DNA of 64,000 nucleotides from Lepidodermella squamata (taxonomy: Eukaryota > Animalia > Gastrotricha): NCBI GenBank assembly GCA_047495785.1, contig JBLDXI010000064.1, forward strand, positions 434,001 through 498,000, read 5' to 3'. The translations under genes and the position numbers were made by a program. Numbering within the stretch: the stretch's first letter is position 1; each line of letters begins with the position of its first letter. Shown here one piece after another: positions 45,625-56,324 of this stretch. The notes beneath the pieces are model-generated. The model ran no database searches. It was not told where the DNA came from and was given only the letters and a program-made list of their open reading frames with translations.

Positions 45625-46780
45625 GCAAATTAGGAATTAGGCTGGAAAAGAGAAGTAGCAGACTTCTCATTTCGTATTCACAATTAAACCAAGATTAACG
45701 TCTGTAGCATTTTATCCTTCAGCTTTCAGCCTGTATTCAGAGAACTAGCTCGAAGCCTTACAGCCGATCCTTCGGCAATTTTTTATTTTCGGACAGCGAC
45801 AAACTTCACTTCTAACTCATGCCTATCAAGTAATTTATCTCAACTCATGTTAACCTTTGAATAGATCATTGACGAAAGTTGGGGCAAAGTGGAAACATTT
45901 TTTAGCATGAAGCGTTTCCTTCTCTTTTCTCTGAGTTAGAGACTCGTCTGCTTATTCATCAGCACTGAATTCCAAGTTGCTTCCGAAAATATCAGCAATT
46001 CAGGAGAAATTCGCTTCCCGTAAAGCAATGCCGACAAAGATGGGCAGCCCGGGCGGCTGGTCTCTGTCGGCACTTTGATGTTGTTTGTGCCGCCTGGGCC
46101 TTTATTTCGGAATTAACGGTATTTGCATAGAGAAATACGACCTAGAAATCGACGAGAAAATCAAATTTCCCGGTGTTTCCGCCTGTTTCATTCATGAGAC
46201 GTACTTACTATTGGACGCCGCGGCATGCTGAAAATCAGAAAAAGCGTGATTTCCTTGATGAGCTAAAAGTCCACCTCGACCACTGAATCATCTCATATAA
46301 ATTTTAAAATTTCCTGACATAAAATTAAATCGTATTCATGGAAGAATTATTCTAGGCCGTTTGACTGCCGAGCGGTCATGTAATGGGAGCTTCGAAACCA
46401 TCACTGATATGCGTGGAATTTGAAAATCAATTTTAGAAGCTTCCAGGTGTAACGGTTAGAGATCCGAAGAGATCACCCAGAAGACCCGAGATCTCGGCCA
46501 AGGCGGCAAGGCGAAGGTCAAAAACGGCTGATGAATCGATTTTCCACGGTTTCTAGGTCATTCAACCAAAAAATTTCCACGAGAGAGAAACTGCCCAAAT
46601 GCCAAGCCTTGTTCGCGAACTTTCTGCACGTGATTGCTCATTTCCATTTTAAAAGTTGAATGAACTTGCTGTGAACCAAAAATATGCAAAATATTACCAT
46701 CGACGGCAAATCATGTGACATTAGATCAAATACAAATTACAACTTGGTTTTCATTCTACCAACCTAAAACATAAAACAGG

Positions 46781-47925
46781 ATGGATCTATTCCGAGTACT
46801 TTTCTACACTGCCATCGCAGCTTCCTATGTCGATGCTTGCTGGAATAAGAAGGAAAAGGTAGTTATAGCTGAACTTTTTTGATGACATGAATTTTACTAG
46901 ATTCCAAGGACTGCAATCACCACGAAAACGGTTTGGTGAGATCAAATTACCTGGGCGATAATTTTGACGAAGAAATAGTGACTTGCACTATCGATAACTT
47001 GGCCAAATCCAAGTTACTCAGAGTCGGCTACATGCACGGCCGAGCATCATGGCACAAATGCCTGGCCAGGGGCGGATCGGCAGATTACACGCTGATGTAC
47101 TCGACCGTATGCTTCGCCGGCAGCGACGAAGGCAGGGCGAAACTCGCGAAACTGCTCATCGACCACGGCGCTGATCCAAACGCCGGTCTTGCGTGGTCCA
47201 GAGAGTGCCGCTGCGACCAAACCGTACGAACTACGCCACTGATAGCCGCGGCTAAGAATAACCACGCGCAAGTCGCAAACGTTTTGCTGGAAAACGGGGC
47301 GGATCCTAACTTAGCTGAAGCAATCGGCAATTTCCCACTCACATACGCTGTGAGACTTCAGCATTACGAAACAGCTGAGATTCTGCTGAAAAACGGAGCT
47401 GATCCGAATAAGCTGCCTGATATGACGGAGTACGATGCTTTGACTGATCGCTATAACTTGCGGGATTTTACTAAATTCACCCAGCCGTTGCTGCATTTTG
47501 CTGTTAACAATTCTGATAAAGCTATGGTTGAGCTGCTTCTAAAACACGGGGCTGATGTGAATGGCTACGATGACGATGAGTTCACGCCGTTGATGCTCGC
47601 GGCCTACAACAACAACCAAGCTATGGCGAAAATTTTAATGAAACACGGGGCTGATCTCTTTAAAACTGATCAAGAGGGTCTGGGCCCATTTGAAATTGCT
47701 GCGAGGCGGGAGCATAGGCCGTTGTTGAGGTACCTGCTCGACGAATGCTGTCTGGCTATTGTTGAGCGGAAGATCAAGCCGCGGCGGAAGTTTAATGTTG
47801 TAGGCGTTAAATATAGGGCGGCTGCGATTTCGTCGCATACTTCGGCCAATGTGTGCTTCGGGTTGATTTTGGAGGGTTACGAGTTCTTGCCGCCGGGTTG
47901 CGTTACCCCAACATGGTTTGATTGA
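46781..47925 (+). CDS. Ankyrin-repeat protein (~5-6 repeats), 5' exon structure uncertain
   Basis: TPLIAAAKNN..., FPLTYAV..., PLLHFAV... and TPLMLAAYNN... in ORF 46933-47925. A candidate first exon 46781-46858 (MDLFRVLFYTAIAASYVDAC...) ends at AAG|GT. Confidence 0.8.
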
Positions 47926-48077
47926 CCGGAAACGCCTTGAAAGATTATTTACACAATTTTATTGAATAATTTTAAGAATAGGAAATGTGACTCATTCAAT
48001 AGAATATTTAGGAATTATGATTAGGAATTCAAGACCCGGAAATTGAAGTAAATTATGTCCCTTGATCCAATTCACTT

Positions 48078-51000
48078 TTATATGTTTTTAAGAACAATAT
48101 AGTTGAAGTACGCAAAGAAGGCTGTTGTGATGATGAAAGCTGGGACATCCAGCAGTCTAACCAAACTGATTGTTCCTTTACACAGCATTTTCATGCCCCG
48201 CTTCCCCTCTACAAAGAAGGAACACGCCAGCCAAAGAGACAGCAAGTTGTAGATTGTGACTCCAGCCGAGAACCAAGCCATCCATTGAATGTAAGAACTC
48301 AAAATTGTGCTATCCGAATTCGGAGCCTGGCTTATGATCTCAGTTTGGCTAACAGCCATCGCCAAAAGGATAGTCACTGTAAAGGCAGCCCGCTCTGGCA
48401 TAGCCGGAGCCATCAAAAAAGCAGCCAGGTCCAAACTGCCCAGAATTGCAGTGGGTAAGTACAAATTGTTGATGTAGTAGGACGGGTATCTTTTGAAAGT
48501 AACTTCATAGACAACAATTGATACGTTATAACCATTGAAAAAAGCCCACGATAGATAACCCCTAAAATCGGTCACCAGCCACTCGGAATTATCAACGGCA
48601 TCAATATCCCACAGAAATGTAGGTGAGTCAAGAAAAGAAACCAGAAGATTCGATCGCTGAAGACCGAAAACAAACGCGCAGGATTGTTTATCGAAAGGGA
48701 ACTCCTTCATGCCCAGCGTGCAATCAGCTTTGAATAGGCCCTCTCGGGTCCAATAGAAGTTGTAAGTCTTATTCGGGCTCACTTTAGCACCAACTCCGTC
48801 CATAGTGACCAGAAAATCATCGCCAATCGCGACGTTTTTCATGTAAACATTTGACTGGGCACTGTTGATGAAGCGAAGCTGGGGGAGCCAGATTTGATCT
48901 GGATGTGCCACATAGATTTGTTCCTTAGGTCTCGTTGCAATCGGGTCTGTTGAATTTTTCGGGCAAGTTGCAACCGACCATGATAAAAGAACGACCCCGC
49001 TAACAGATATCGTGTCATCCGCACTCGAAAGCTCATTCAAACCTGGCACATAGAAGGTTATGTTGACTCGAAGTGGTTGGGATTCGTCGATATTTGGAGG
49101 GGCGTAACGCGATGCCTCAAAGTGGTCACATCGTTTCAGAACATCTTCGATTGTGTCGAAAGGTGTGTAAGGCGGTTTTAGCCCATTCGCATCTAATTGG
49201 GGCAGGAGACTCTGAGCCGATATATTCGTCCCAATCCTCGATTCTCCATTTGAGGCTTCTATTTTTCTGAAAGTCGGCTCTTGAACCAGGTTTGAAACTG
49301 GGGCTTTTGATGTGAGCCCAGAATTCGTGGTTTGTCGCTCAGTTGCTGTATTGGTTTTGGTAGTTATGGTGGTCGGCTCTTGAACCAGGTTCGAAACAGG
49401 ACCTTGTGATGTGAGCTCAAAGTTAGTGGTTGGTCTGGCAGTTGTCGTGGTGGTTGTGGTAGCTGTTGAACTTGTTGAAGTCGAAGTGGTAGGCAGCTGG
49501 TTGCCGCAGATACCAGCCAAAATAACCAATTCATCTGCCGATAACGCAGTTGAATGAAGGCTGACACAAGCCAATTCATCGTTCCTGGCCAATGGTACCA
49601 CAGTCGAGCCAGAATAGTACATTCCTAACTCAAGGTTCATATATCCTAGATGGAACCTAAACTCGGTCGAAAAATCAGTAGTCGTATTGGCCAGCGCCAC
49701 GCTGTTCCATTCATTTTTCCCTCGGTAGCCTAGCAAGGTCCCACTTTCATAGGTGTAGGCGAAGAATCGCCAGGATTGCGGCTGGTCGTAGGCAACTGGC
49801 AGCGATAATTTCTTGTAACCATCCATGAGCCAGCCAGCAAAGGAAAGGGCAGAGTTTTCGCATTTTACTGTAAAATGCTCAGTGGACAGTATTCCAGATG
49901 GTCCGGAGCAAGAGCCCTTGTAGTAGAAAGCGATTGTGTATTCTTTGAAAACTGGCAAATTATTGACGACCAGAAGTTGTTTATCAGAAGCAGAATAAGA
50001 TCCAAAGCTATAGGGTCCACCTTTTTTCGCACTGGGCATCCCGAGCGTAACATCGAATATATCAGAGCCAAACTTGTCTATGACGTTCAGCTTTGAATTC
50101 ATAGTTAAGGGCAAATATGCGATCAAATATTCATTTTTCGGCATTGCTTCGAAATTCGCCGGAACAAATGAAGGTTTTGGGTACGGCTTGCCACAACCGT
50201 ATGGAAGCTTTGCGACTTCAACATCAGCCAAAGCTGTCGAGTAGTAAGTAACACACGACAATTCCTGGCCTGGATACATGGTGTAAGTATCCACATCCAA
50301 AACCCTAGCTAGGCCGATTCGAACTCGGAAATAGTCGAATATTTCTGTAGCTTCGAGGGTCAAATTTACGGTTGTGAAGTTGTACATTACTTTCGAATCA
50401 CTTTCCCGCATAACGAAACCTTTCAGGGTCCGGGTTGGCCAATCGTAAGTATAGGCCACGAATTGCCACGTATTGGCCTCATATGCGAGTTTGGCTCTTT
50501 CAATAGATATCCATTTGTCATCACCCCTTGATTTGGCAACAATGCCGCGAATCGTATCGTGGTAGATTGACAATTTTCCAGGCAGAAAGATGCCTTGTTT
50601 ATCAGTACCAGTCGATTTATGGTAGAACGAAACAGTGAACGATGCAGGTTGAATGATCGAAAGGCATGGACCAGATTGGCCGGATTCTCCTTCTAGCGAC
50701 CCAAGACCAAAGGGGCCACGAGGGACGATTTTGGCTGTTCCAGGGTCTGTGGGAGTAATCACCTCGCCAAATTTATCGAAAAGCGATAGCTCAGTTTGCG
50801 TTGTGAATGGAGCGTAGAAAACAAGGCTACGTCTCTGCGGCAGATAATCGAAGAAATCCGGTAGATTTTGCGATCTTCCTTGCTTCTTACCACAGCCCTT
50901 GAAGATTTTCGATATATCGCTAAGACTCAGTGCTTCGGAATAATAGCTAACACAGGCGATCCACTTTGCCTCCGGGTTTAGTACGGCCTCATTCGGCATA

Positions 51001-53012
51001 GCATCCCCGATTTGAGGATCATCATAAACTGGGAAGATAGGTGATACCAAAGCCATGTCTTTCATTTCGGGTGCTTGAACTGGCTCTGATGCAGATGCGG
51101 CGTATTTGAAGCCTCTTACAATGAATTCATCAGCCGATGCATTGCTTGAATATGTAAATGCGTACAGGTTCCATTGGTTGTTGTCGTATATCACTGGATA
51201 CGACTTGCCGTTTCCTCGAAGTATCATATTACCATTTTGACAGGTGATTTGATAGCGAAGAGTATAGACAATCCCGACAGTTTCTGCACAAGGTCCCAAG
51301 TACATGAAAGCGAAAGTGAATGAATCCTGGTTCTTGACCCCCGAAATCCGAGGACCAAGACCGTTCGCCATTAGGAAACTGATTTGAAAAGGCCCACCCA
51401 GTGACGTGGTCGAATTTCGCTTTTGTGCCTCGCCGTACCACAAGGTCGACCCGAATTTGTCGAAAACTGAATACGGCGACTTCTGAACGAATGGCAGGTG
51501 ATAGACGAGTTTTCCAAGCTGAGGCAACGCGTCGAAAGTATCCGGTAGGAATTCCGACCTTGCCGGTCTCTTCCCGCACGTGTACGTCAGCATTCGAAGG
51601 TCAACTTGCGACAAAGCTGCATTGTGAACAGTGGCACAGGCCAAGCTATCCGATGTGCGGCTTGGGTCCTCCAGGCCGCTGAATGCTTCGATCGAGAAAT
51701 AGCCTCCACTGAATGCTGTGAAGACCTTGCTAGTAGCCGGTCCAACACTCATGAAATCGTTCTCGGGCAGTTGGTAGTAGGTCTCAACAATGCCGTCGCG
51801 AAAGACAAATGCAAAAAAGATCCAGTCATTCGGACGTAGATACGGAACAGCATTTGTCGATTCATTACCGAGAGCAGTCGGCTCATTGTAGACCAGCCCG
51901 GAATTAGGCTCGCACAAAATGAACCCCTCGCCATTCAATGAGAAAATTGCGCTGTTTTGTTTGCAAGGTCCTCTATAGTAGAAGGATATAGTCATCGACC
52001 AGCTGGTTCTTAGATTTTCGACTTTGTAGATCCGATCGCCGTCCTTCTGCACAGAAATCGATCCGAAGCCGTTCGGCCCGAACAAATCTTTGGCAACCGC
52101 TGTTCCGCTATGCGAAGCCAGGCGAAGGTAGTCGGAGCAGTATTTCTGGAAAACCTTATCTCCAACACTCCTCATCGGCATATGGATAGCTAAACTGTCG
52201 ATTCGAGGCATCAGGCGGAATGTTTCAGGCAGCTCGCTGGATGGTGTAATTTCTAGGCCGCATGCGTACATGATTCTCTGAATGTCCGGAGTTTTCAACG
52301 GTTTTGTGTACAAAGTCATGCAAGCGAACTGATCTACCCCGGCTGTTGTGTAAAACGCAGTTCTGTCAGTTAGGGCCTTGCCTATTGACATTGATGTAGC
52401 GTAAGGGCTTATTAAAACTGGGGTAGACATCGTTGTTAGTGCGAAGTTCGCGCCATTGCTAGCTACGTTGAGCCAGCTCAACTTTTGAAGCCCTGCGTCG
52501 TAGGTAACAGCGACGAAAGTCCAAGGAGTGTAGTTTATGTGGACGGGTAATTTTTCGCTTTGGTTGACTACCCCGGCTGTAGCGCTCCACGTTACGGCAA
52601 CTAGCTTTTTAGTGACTGCTTCACAGTAGATCGAGAAGAAGAAGTCGAAATGGACGAGGCCTGTATCCTTGGTGCAATTCATTTTCACGTAGAACGTCAG
52701 CGTGAAATTGACAATTTTAACAGGCAGGTCATAGGTTAGTATCGGGTCGGTAGTCGAGCCAGGCGACAGAGTGACTGCTCCCATGGCGTGAGGCCCCGGC
52801 GCCACTTCCATTGATTTGACGTCAGCAGCTGGTTTCATATCGTTGGTCGATTTCGAGAAGAACCGCGTTTCCCCTTTGTCCAGCGGCCAGTAGAAGAAGT
52901 CTGTCTGACTTGGCAACAGGCTGAGTACGTCATCAAATGTCTTGGCTTGCGTCGGCCAATTTGCAGCTGAGCTATACTGCGCAAGTTGCAGCAAAATCAG
53001 CCAAAACATCAT
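48078..53012 (-). CDS. Giant Cys-loop receptor subunit, copy E (1644 aa), inverted relative to A-D
   Basis: Same architecture; Cys-loop CTLGMKEFPFDKQSC; M2 PERAAFTVTILLAMAV. Confidence 0.92.
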   Translation of the reverse strand: MMFWLILLQLAQYSSAANWPTQAKTFDDVLSLLPSQTDFFYWPLDKGETRFFSKSTNDMKPAADVKSMEVAPGPHAMGAVTLSPGSTTDPILTYDLPVKIVNFTLTFYVKMNCTKDTGLVHFDFFFSIYCEAVTKKLVAVTWSATAGVVNQSEKLPVHINYTPWTFVAVTYDAGLQKLSWLNVASNGANFALTTMSTPVLISPYATSMSIGKALTDRTAFYTTAGVDQFACMTLYTKPLKTPDIQRIMYACGLEITPSSELPETFRLMPRIDSLAIHMPMRSVGDKVFQKYCSDYLRLASHSGTAVAKDLFGPNGFGSISVQKDGDRIYKVENLRTSWSMTISFYYRGPCKQNSAIFSLNGEGFILCEPNSGLVYNEPTALGNESTNAVPYLRPNDWIFFAFVFRDGIVETYYQLPENDFMSVGPATSKVFTAFSGGYFSIEAFSGLEDPSRTSDSLACATVHNAALSQVDLRMLTYTCGKRPARSEFLPDTFDALPQLGKLVYHLPFVQKSPYSVFDKFGSTLWYGEAQKRNSTTSLGGPFQISFLMANGLGPRISGVKNQDSFTFAFMYLGPCAETVGIVYTLRYQITCQNGNMILRGNGKSYPVIYDNNQWNLYAFTYSSNASADEFIVRGFKYAASASEPVQAPEMKDMALVSPIFPVYDDPQIGDAMPNEAVLNPEAKWIACVSYYSEALSLSDISKIFKGCGKKQGRSQNLPDFFDYLPQRRSLVFYAPFTTQTELSLFDKFGEVITPTDPGTAKIVPRGPFGLGSLEGESGQSGPCLSIIQPASFTVSFYHKSTGTDKQGIFLPGKLSIYHDTIRGIVAKSRGDDKWISIERAKLAYEANTWQFVAYTYDWPTRTLKGFVMRESDSKVMYNFTTVNLTLEATEIFDYFRVRIGLARVLDVDTYTMYPGQELSCVTYYSTALADVEVAKLPYGCGKPYPKPSFVPANFEAMPKNEYLIAYLPLTMNSKLNVIDKFGSDIFDVTLGMPSAKKGGPYSFGSYSASDKQLLVVNNLPVFKEYTIAFYYKGSCSGPSGILSTEHFTVKCENSALSFAGWLMDGYKKLSLPVAYDQPQSWRFFAYTYESGTLLGYRGKNEWNSVALANTTTDFSTEFRFHLGYMNLELGMYYSGSTVVPLARNDELACVSLHSTALSADELVILAGICGNQLPTTSTSTSSTATTTTTTTARPTTNFELTSQGPVSNLVQEPTTITTKTNTATERQTTNSGLTSKAPVSNLVQEPTFRKIEASNGESRIGTNISAQSLLPQLDANGLKPPYTPFDTIEDVLKRCDHFEASRYAPPNIDESQPLRVNITFYVPGLNELSSADDTISVSGVVLLSWSVATCPKNSTDPIATRPKEQIYVAHPDQIWLPQLRFINSAQSNVYMKNVAIGDDFLVTMDGVGAKVSPNKTYNFYWTREGLFKADCTLGMKEFPFDKQSCAFVFGLQRSNLLVSFLDSPTFLWDIDAVDNSEWLVTDFRGYLSWAFFNGYNVSIVVYEVTFKRYPSYYINNLYLPTAILGSLDLAAFLMAPAMPERAAFTVTILLAMAVSQTEIISQAPNSDSTILSSYIQWMAWFSAGVTIYNLLSLWLACSFFVEGKRGMKMLCKGTISLVRLLDVPAFIITTAFFAYFNYIVLKNI

Positions 53013-53789
53013 GCTTTATTTCGATCTTGGCTATAAATCGGAATTTCGAAATTCTGAGGAAAAGGTCGACGAACGCGACAAACATGTGGCGCGACGGGAA
53101 ATAAACAGCGAATTCCAGGAAGCCTGCGCTGAACAGGATATGAGAATCAAAGGCCTTGCTGTTTTTTGTCAATAAAATCACCCGATTCTGCTGGAGTTGT
53201 TCAAACAAGCTGTCGACACGAGACGAGGTGACGAAAATCGCAATCACGTGAACGTGATTTTCGGTGTTTTCAATACAGAAAAATTGTCTCTGCTGCGGAT
53301 GAAAACGCGAAAACATGTTTTCGTCTTCCGCCAACTGAATTGACTTAATCCCGGACGAAGTATGCGACTTTCAGTCGGGAATGGTATTATCTTCCAGGAG
53401 AATATATCATCCATTTGATATGCTTAGTGCTTAAGAAATATCAAATAAATTAAAATAAAATAATATGCCTGGTCTCTGGCATTTTTAGATGCTATTAGAA
53501 TTGAATTTTGAATCGAGTTAGCTGGAAAACCAAGAATCTTTAATCTATCAGCCATGATTCCAATATCAACCCTTACCGATACGTTCCCTTTTTGAATAAA
53601 AATAATGACATATTTGAATGTTAGGGAATTTGAATCCACGATCCAGGAAAATTTCCTGACTCCCTTCGTCTGTATAGAGATCGAGGAGGCGATCAACTTC
53701 AAACTTGAATTTCTTTTATTCAGGCTACAGTAACATCGATTCCGCGAACACCAGAATCAATAGTCGCGAAGCTTCGTTGAAGGCTGAAA

Positions 53790-54433
53790 TCAGCTTTTTG
53801 CGACTTTGCAAGTGACGATGCTGTTAGCAGCGCTGCAACTGATGGCGAAGCTAGGCGATGGCACAACCCACTCGAGTTTGCTCCCGTAGTCGAGAATATT
53901 CGAACTTTTGTACTGTTCACTCGCCTTGCAGTACTGCATCGCATATTCTTCATTGCTCGATACATAATAGCCAACCTATTAACCCAAATAGAAGACCTAT
54001 TTAAAAATCTCCGAAGCGGACTCACTGGGTGAACATTTACAGGGCATCCAGTGCCCTCTTTAGCGCACGTTTCATCGGGGCATCGAACTGTGCCCTGTTT
54101 TCGTGGAATATTAGGGTAATTACTTCACAAATTGAAAGCTGACCGTAGCCTCCTGGCAGGCGGCCAGCGTCGCATACTCCATAATGATTGTCGAATGTGG
54201 AACTCGAAGCTGCGGGAAAATATCGAAATCTTAGTCGATTAGGACAATGGAGATGAAAAACTAACATCATCAGCCGCACATCGGCTGGCCTTGCATTCGA
54301 AGACCGATGTGCGAGGGTCTTTGCACTTGAAATAGGTGGGAGGACGGGGCGGGGGCGGCGCCGGGGGGTCGCAGGCCAAGCTAAGCGAAGCTAAGCAACA
54401 AGCTATCGCAAGAGACAGTGCATATGACTTCAT
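53790..54433 (-). CDS. Small secreted 10-cysteine protein, family member 3 (4 exons)
   Basis: Signal peptide, then YFKCK...EC...RC / AAC / GTVRCPDETCAKEGTGCP / VGYYVS...AMQYC...WVVPS...ISC...TCKV*; phase-0 GT-AG introns at the same positions as members 1 and 2. Confidence 0.85.
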
Positions 54434-54580
54434 TCCAACGTTAGATGTATCTGAAAATTCTTGTCTATTTCACTAAAAATACGGAGCTAGGCAGCAGCAA
54501 ACACGTGAAATGCAAGATTAATCCACCAGCAGACACAGCTCGTCTTGAATACTGATGAGTAATGAGAGGTTTGAGACTTT

Positions 54581-54890
54581 TAATAATAATATAATATAAT
54601 AATTTCTGTTTCAAAGCGAACTTTGAGGACTAGAAGGGCATGCCACTTACTCTAGCCCTAGGTCTTATCGTAAGTGAGTGAGATTTCCGTATGACGGGAT
54701 TTGACTGGTGCAGTCTAGCTGACACTCCCAGCCTCCCAATTTTCTATTTTGTAACGCGATGGATTGGTAAAACCACCGCGGGGCCAAGGGGGGACTCGAT
54801 CCTGATTCCGTCACTAGGACTTGAACCCAGTCCCGAGCGATATCCCCTCAGATACACAGCAGCTCAACGACCCAACTGAGCCACCGTGCC
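54581..54890 (-). mobile_element. tRNA-derived SINE (~310 bp)
   Basis: Minus strand begins GGCACGG, with A box TGGCTCAGTTGG (54872-54883) and B box GGTTCAAGTCC (54817-54827); (TTA)n-like tail at 54581-54603. Confidence 0.7.
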
Positions 54891-55809
54891 TAAAGCCTTT
54901 TCATGCTTTAAAAATGACAAAAAGAGTGAAATTACCGATTCGTTTGTGAGGATGGTTTAATTTTATTCTGTGGATTCTGGCCGCAAGATAGTCAAGTTTC
55001 AGCTGAAGTATATGGCACACCCTTACGGTATATTATCAGATACCATGCACATGAAATCATATGAAAAAACCCATTCGCCTTCAGCAGTGATCTTACAAGG
55101 TCTGAACGGGCTCTGAGGGGGCTAAATCGAGCATTGGCTTATTTAAAGGAGCTGGGTATGGAACTTGATTTTCACGCGTTTGTGTCAAGCTGTAAGCTGT
55201 AAGTGATAATCAGTTTAAATGTAAACTAATTAGCCAGGCAATATAATAAATCACATCAAACATCCAAAAATCTGCGGAAGCTGGTTAACAATCGAGCTTG
55301 CATTCTACATTAAATGAAATATCGGCTGTCCATTCTGAGCCTGTTTAGAGACGGGTTCATGATGAAGTTTGAGCATCTCACCGGTAGTGTATCTTCGCTT
55401 TACAATTGGCTTTATTATCGCTAAAAAATATTTGCCTTCAACATTTGCCTTCAAAAACTTGAAAATGATCTTACATAAAGCAATTAAGCAAATCGCACGG
55501 GCCATCCGATTCCTCATTGTCCACGTTTTCCTGGAATTTTGGGCGACATCTCGTCATGAGGCACTCAACAGCATCAGACGAATATGATCTATAATATGGA
55601 GAAAAAAAGAACTGATAAACTGAAATTGCAGCATAATGCATGTATATTATTCCCCTGTCGGTTCCAGAATCTTAAAACCGGAGTAAAACAGCTATCCTTT
55701 GAACTTACAGCGCATAAATTCCCAATACTTGATCGCATGCCTCCTTTCCGGCATTTGTAGAAAGAGAAAGGCACAGGACGATCAGGAAACTATTGAAGAG
55801 TGCGGTATG

Positions 55810-56204
55810 GTGTAATGAAATGTCAGTGGAAATGTAGCTCGATTGAGAAAGCGACCTAGTTCGATGATAGCACAAGTCCTGGCAAAGGAGACGAATTAGC
55901 TATTTTATTATAAAAGCAATAAACAACTAACCTGGCAAAGGAGACGAATTAGCTACTTCTCCTTTGCCAGTCAAGAGATTAAATAATAAGGTTTTGGCGC
56001 TCTAGGCGCTACTAACAACAGTTATCAATGGCGCTCTAGGCGCAGTCACAATTAGGAGGCAAGGCGCAGCAACTACGAAGCGTGCGACCTTGGCACTACA
56101 CAAACGACACGCGACCGGCCTTGCACTTAAATAATATAATAATGATAACGTGCAAAAGGCCTGGCGGAAATAATAATAATAATGAATGATAGTAATATCC
56201 AACA
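55810..56204 (-). repeat. 3' LTR of the copia element (distal end uncertain)
   Basis: Purine-rich GGTGGGAG directly precedes TGTTGG at 56204; TATA-like TATTTAAG at ~56130; AATAAA at ~55905; internal direct repeats CCTGGCAAAGGAGACGAATTAGCTA x2 and TGGCGCTCTAGGCGC x2. Confidence 0.55.
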
Positions 56205-56324
56205 CTCCCACCAATGCGGTGAACACTGAATTTTACAATAGATGAATCACGGATAGTTGAGAAGAAATGATCATAGAACTAAAAATGAATAAGAACACGG
56301 ATCATGAGCATAATCACAAGTGAA

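Noticed and set aside
54810-54890. tRNA gene
   Set aside because: A and B boxes are present but I cannot fold a cloverleaf; it continues into a body and AT-rich tail, so it is better read as a SINE.
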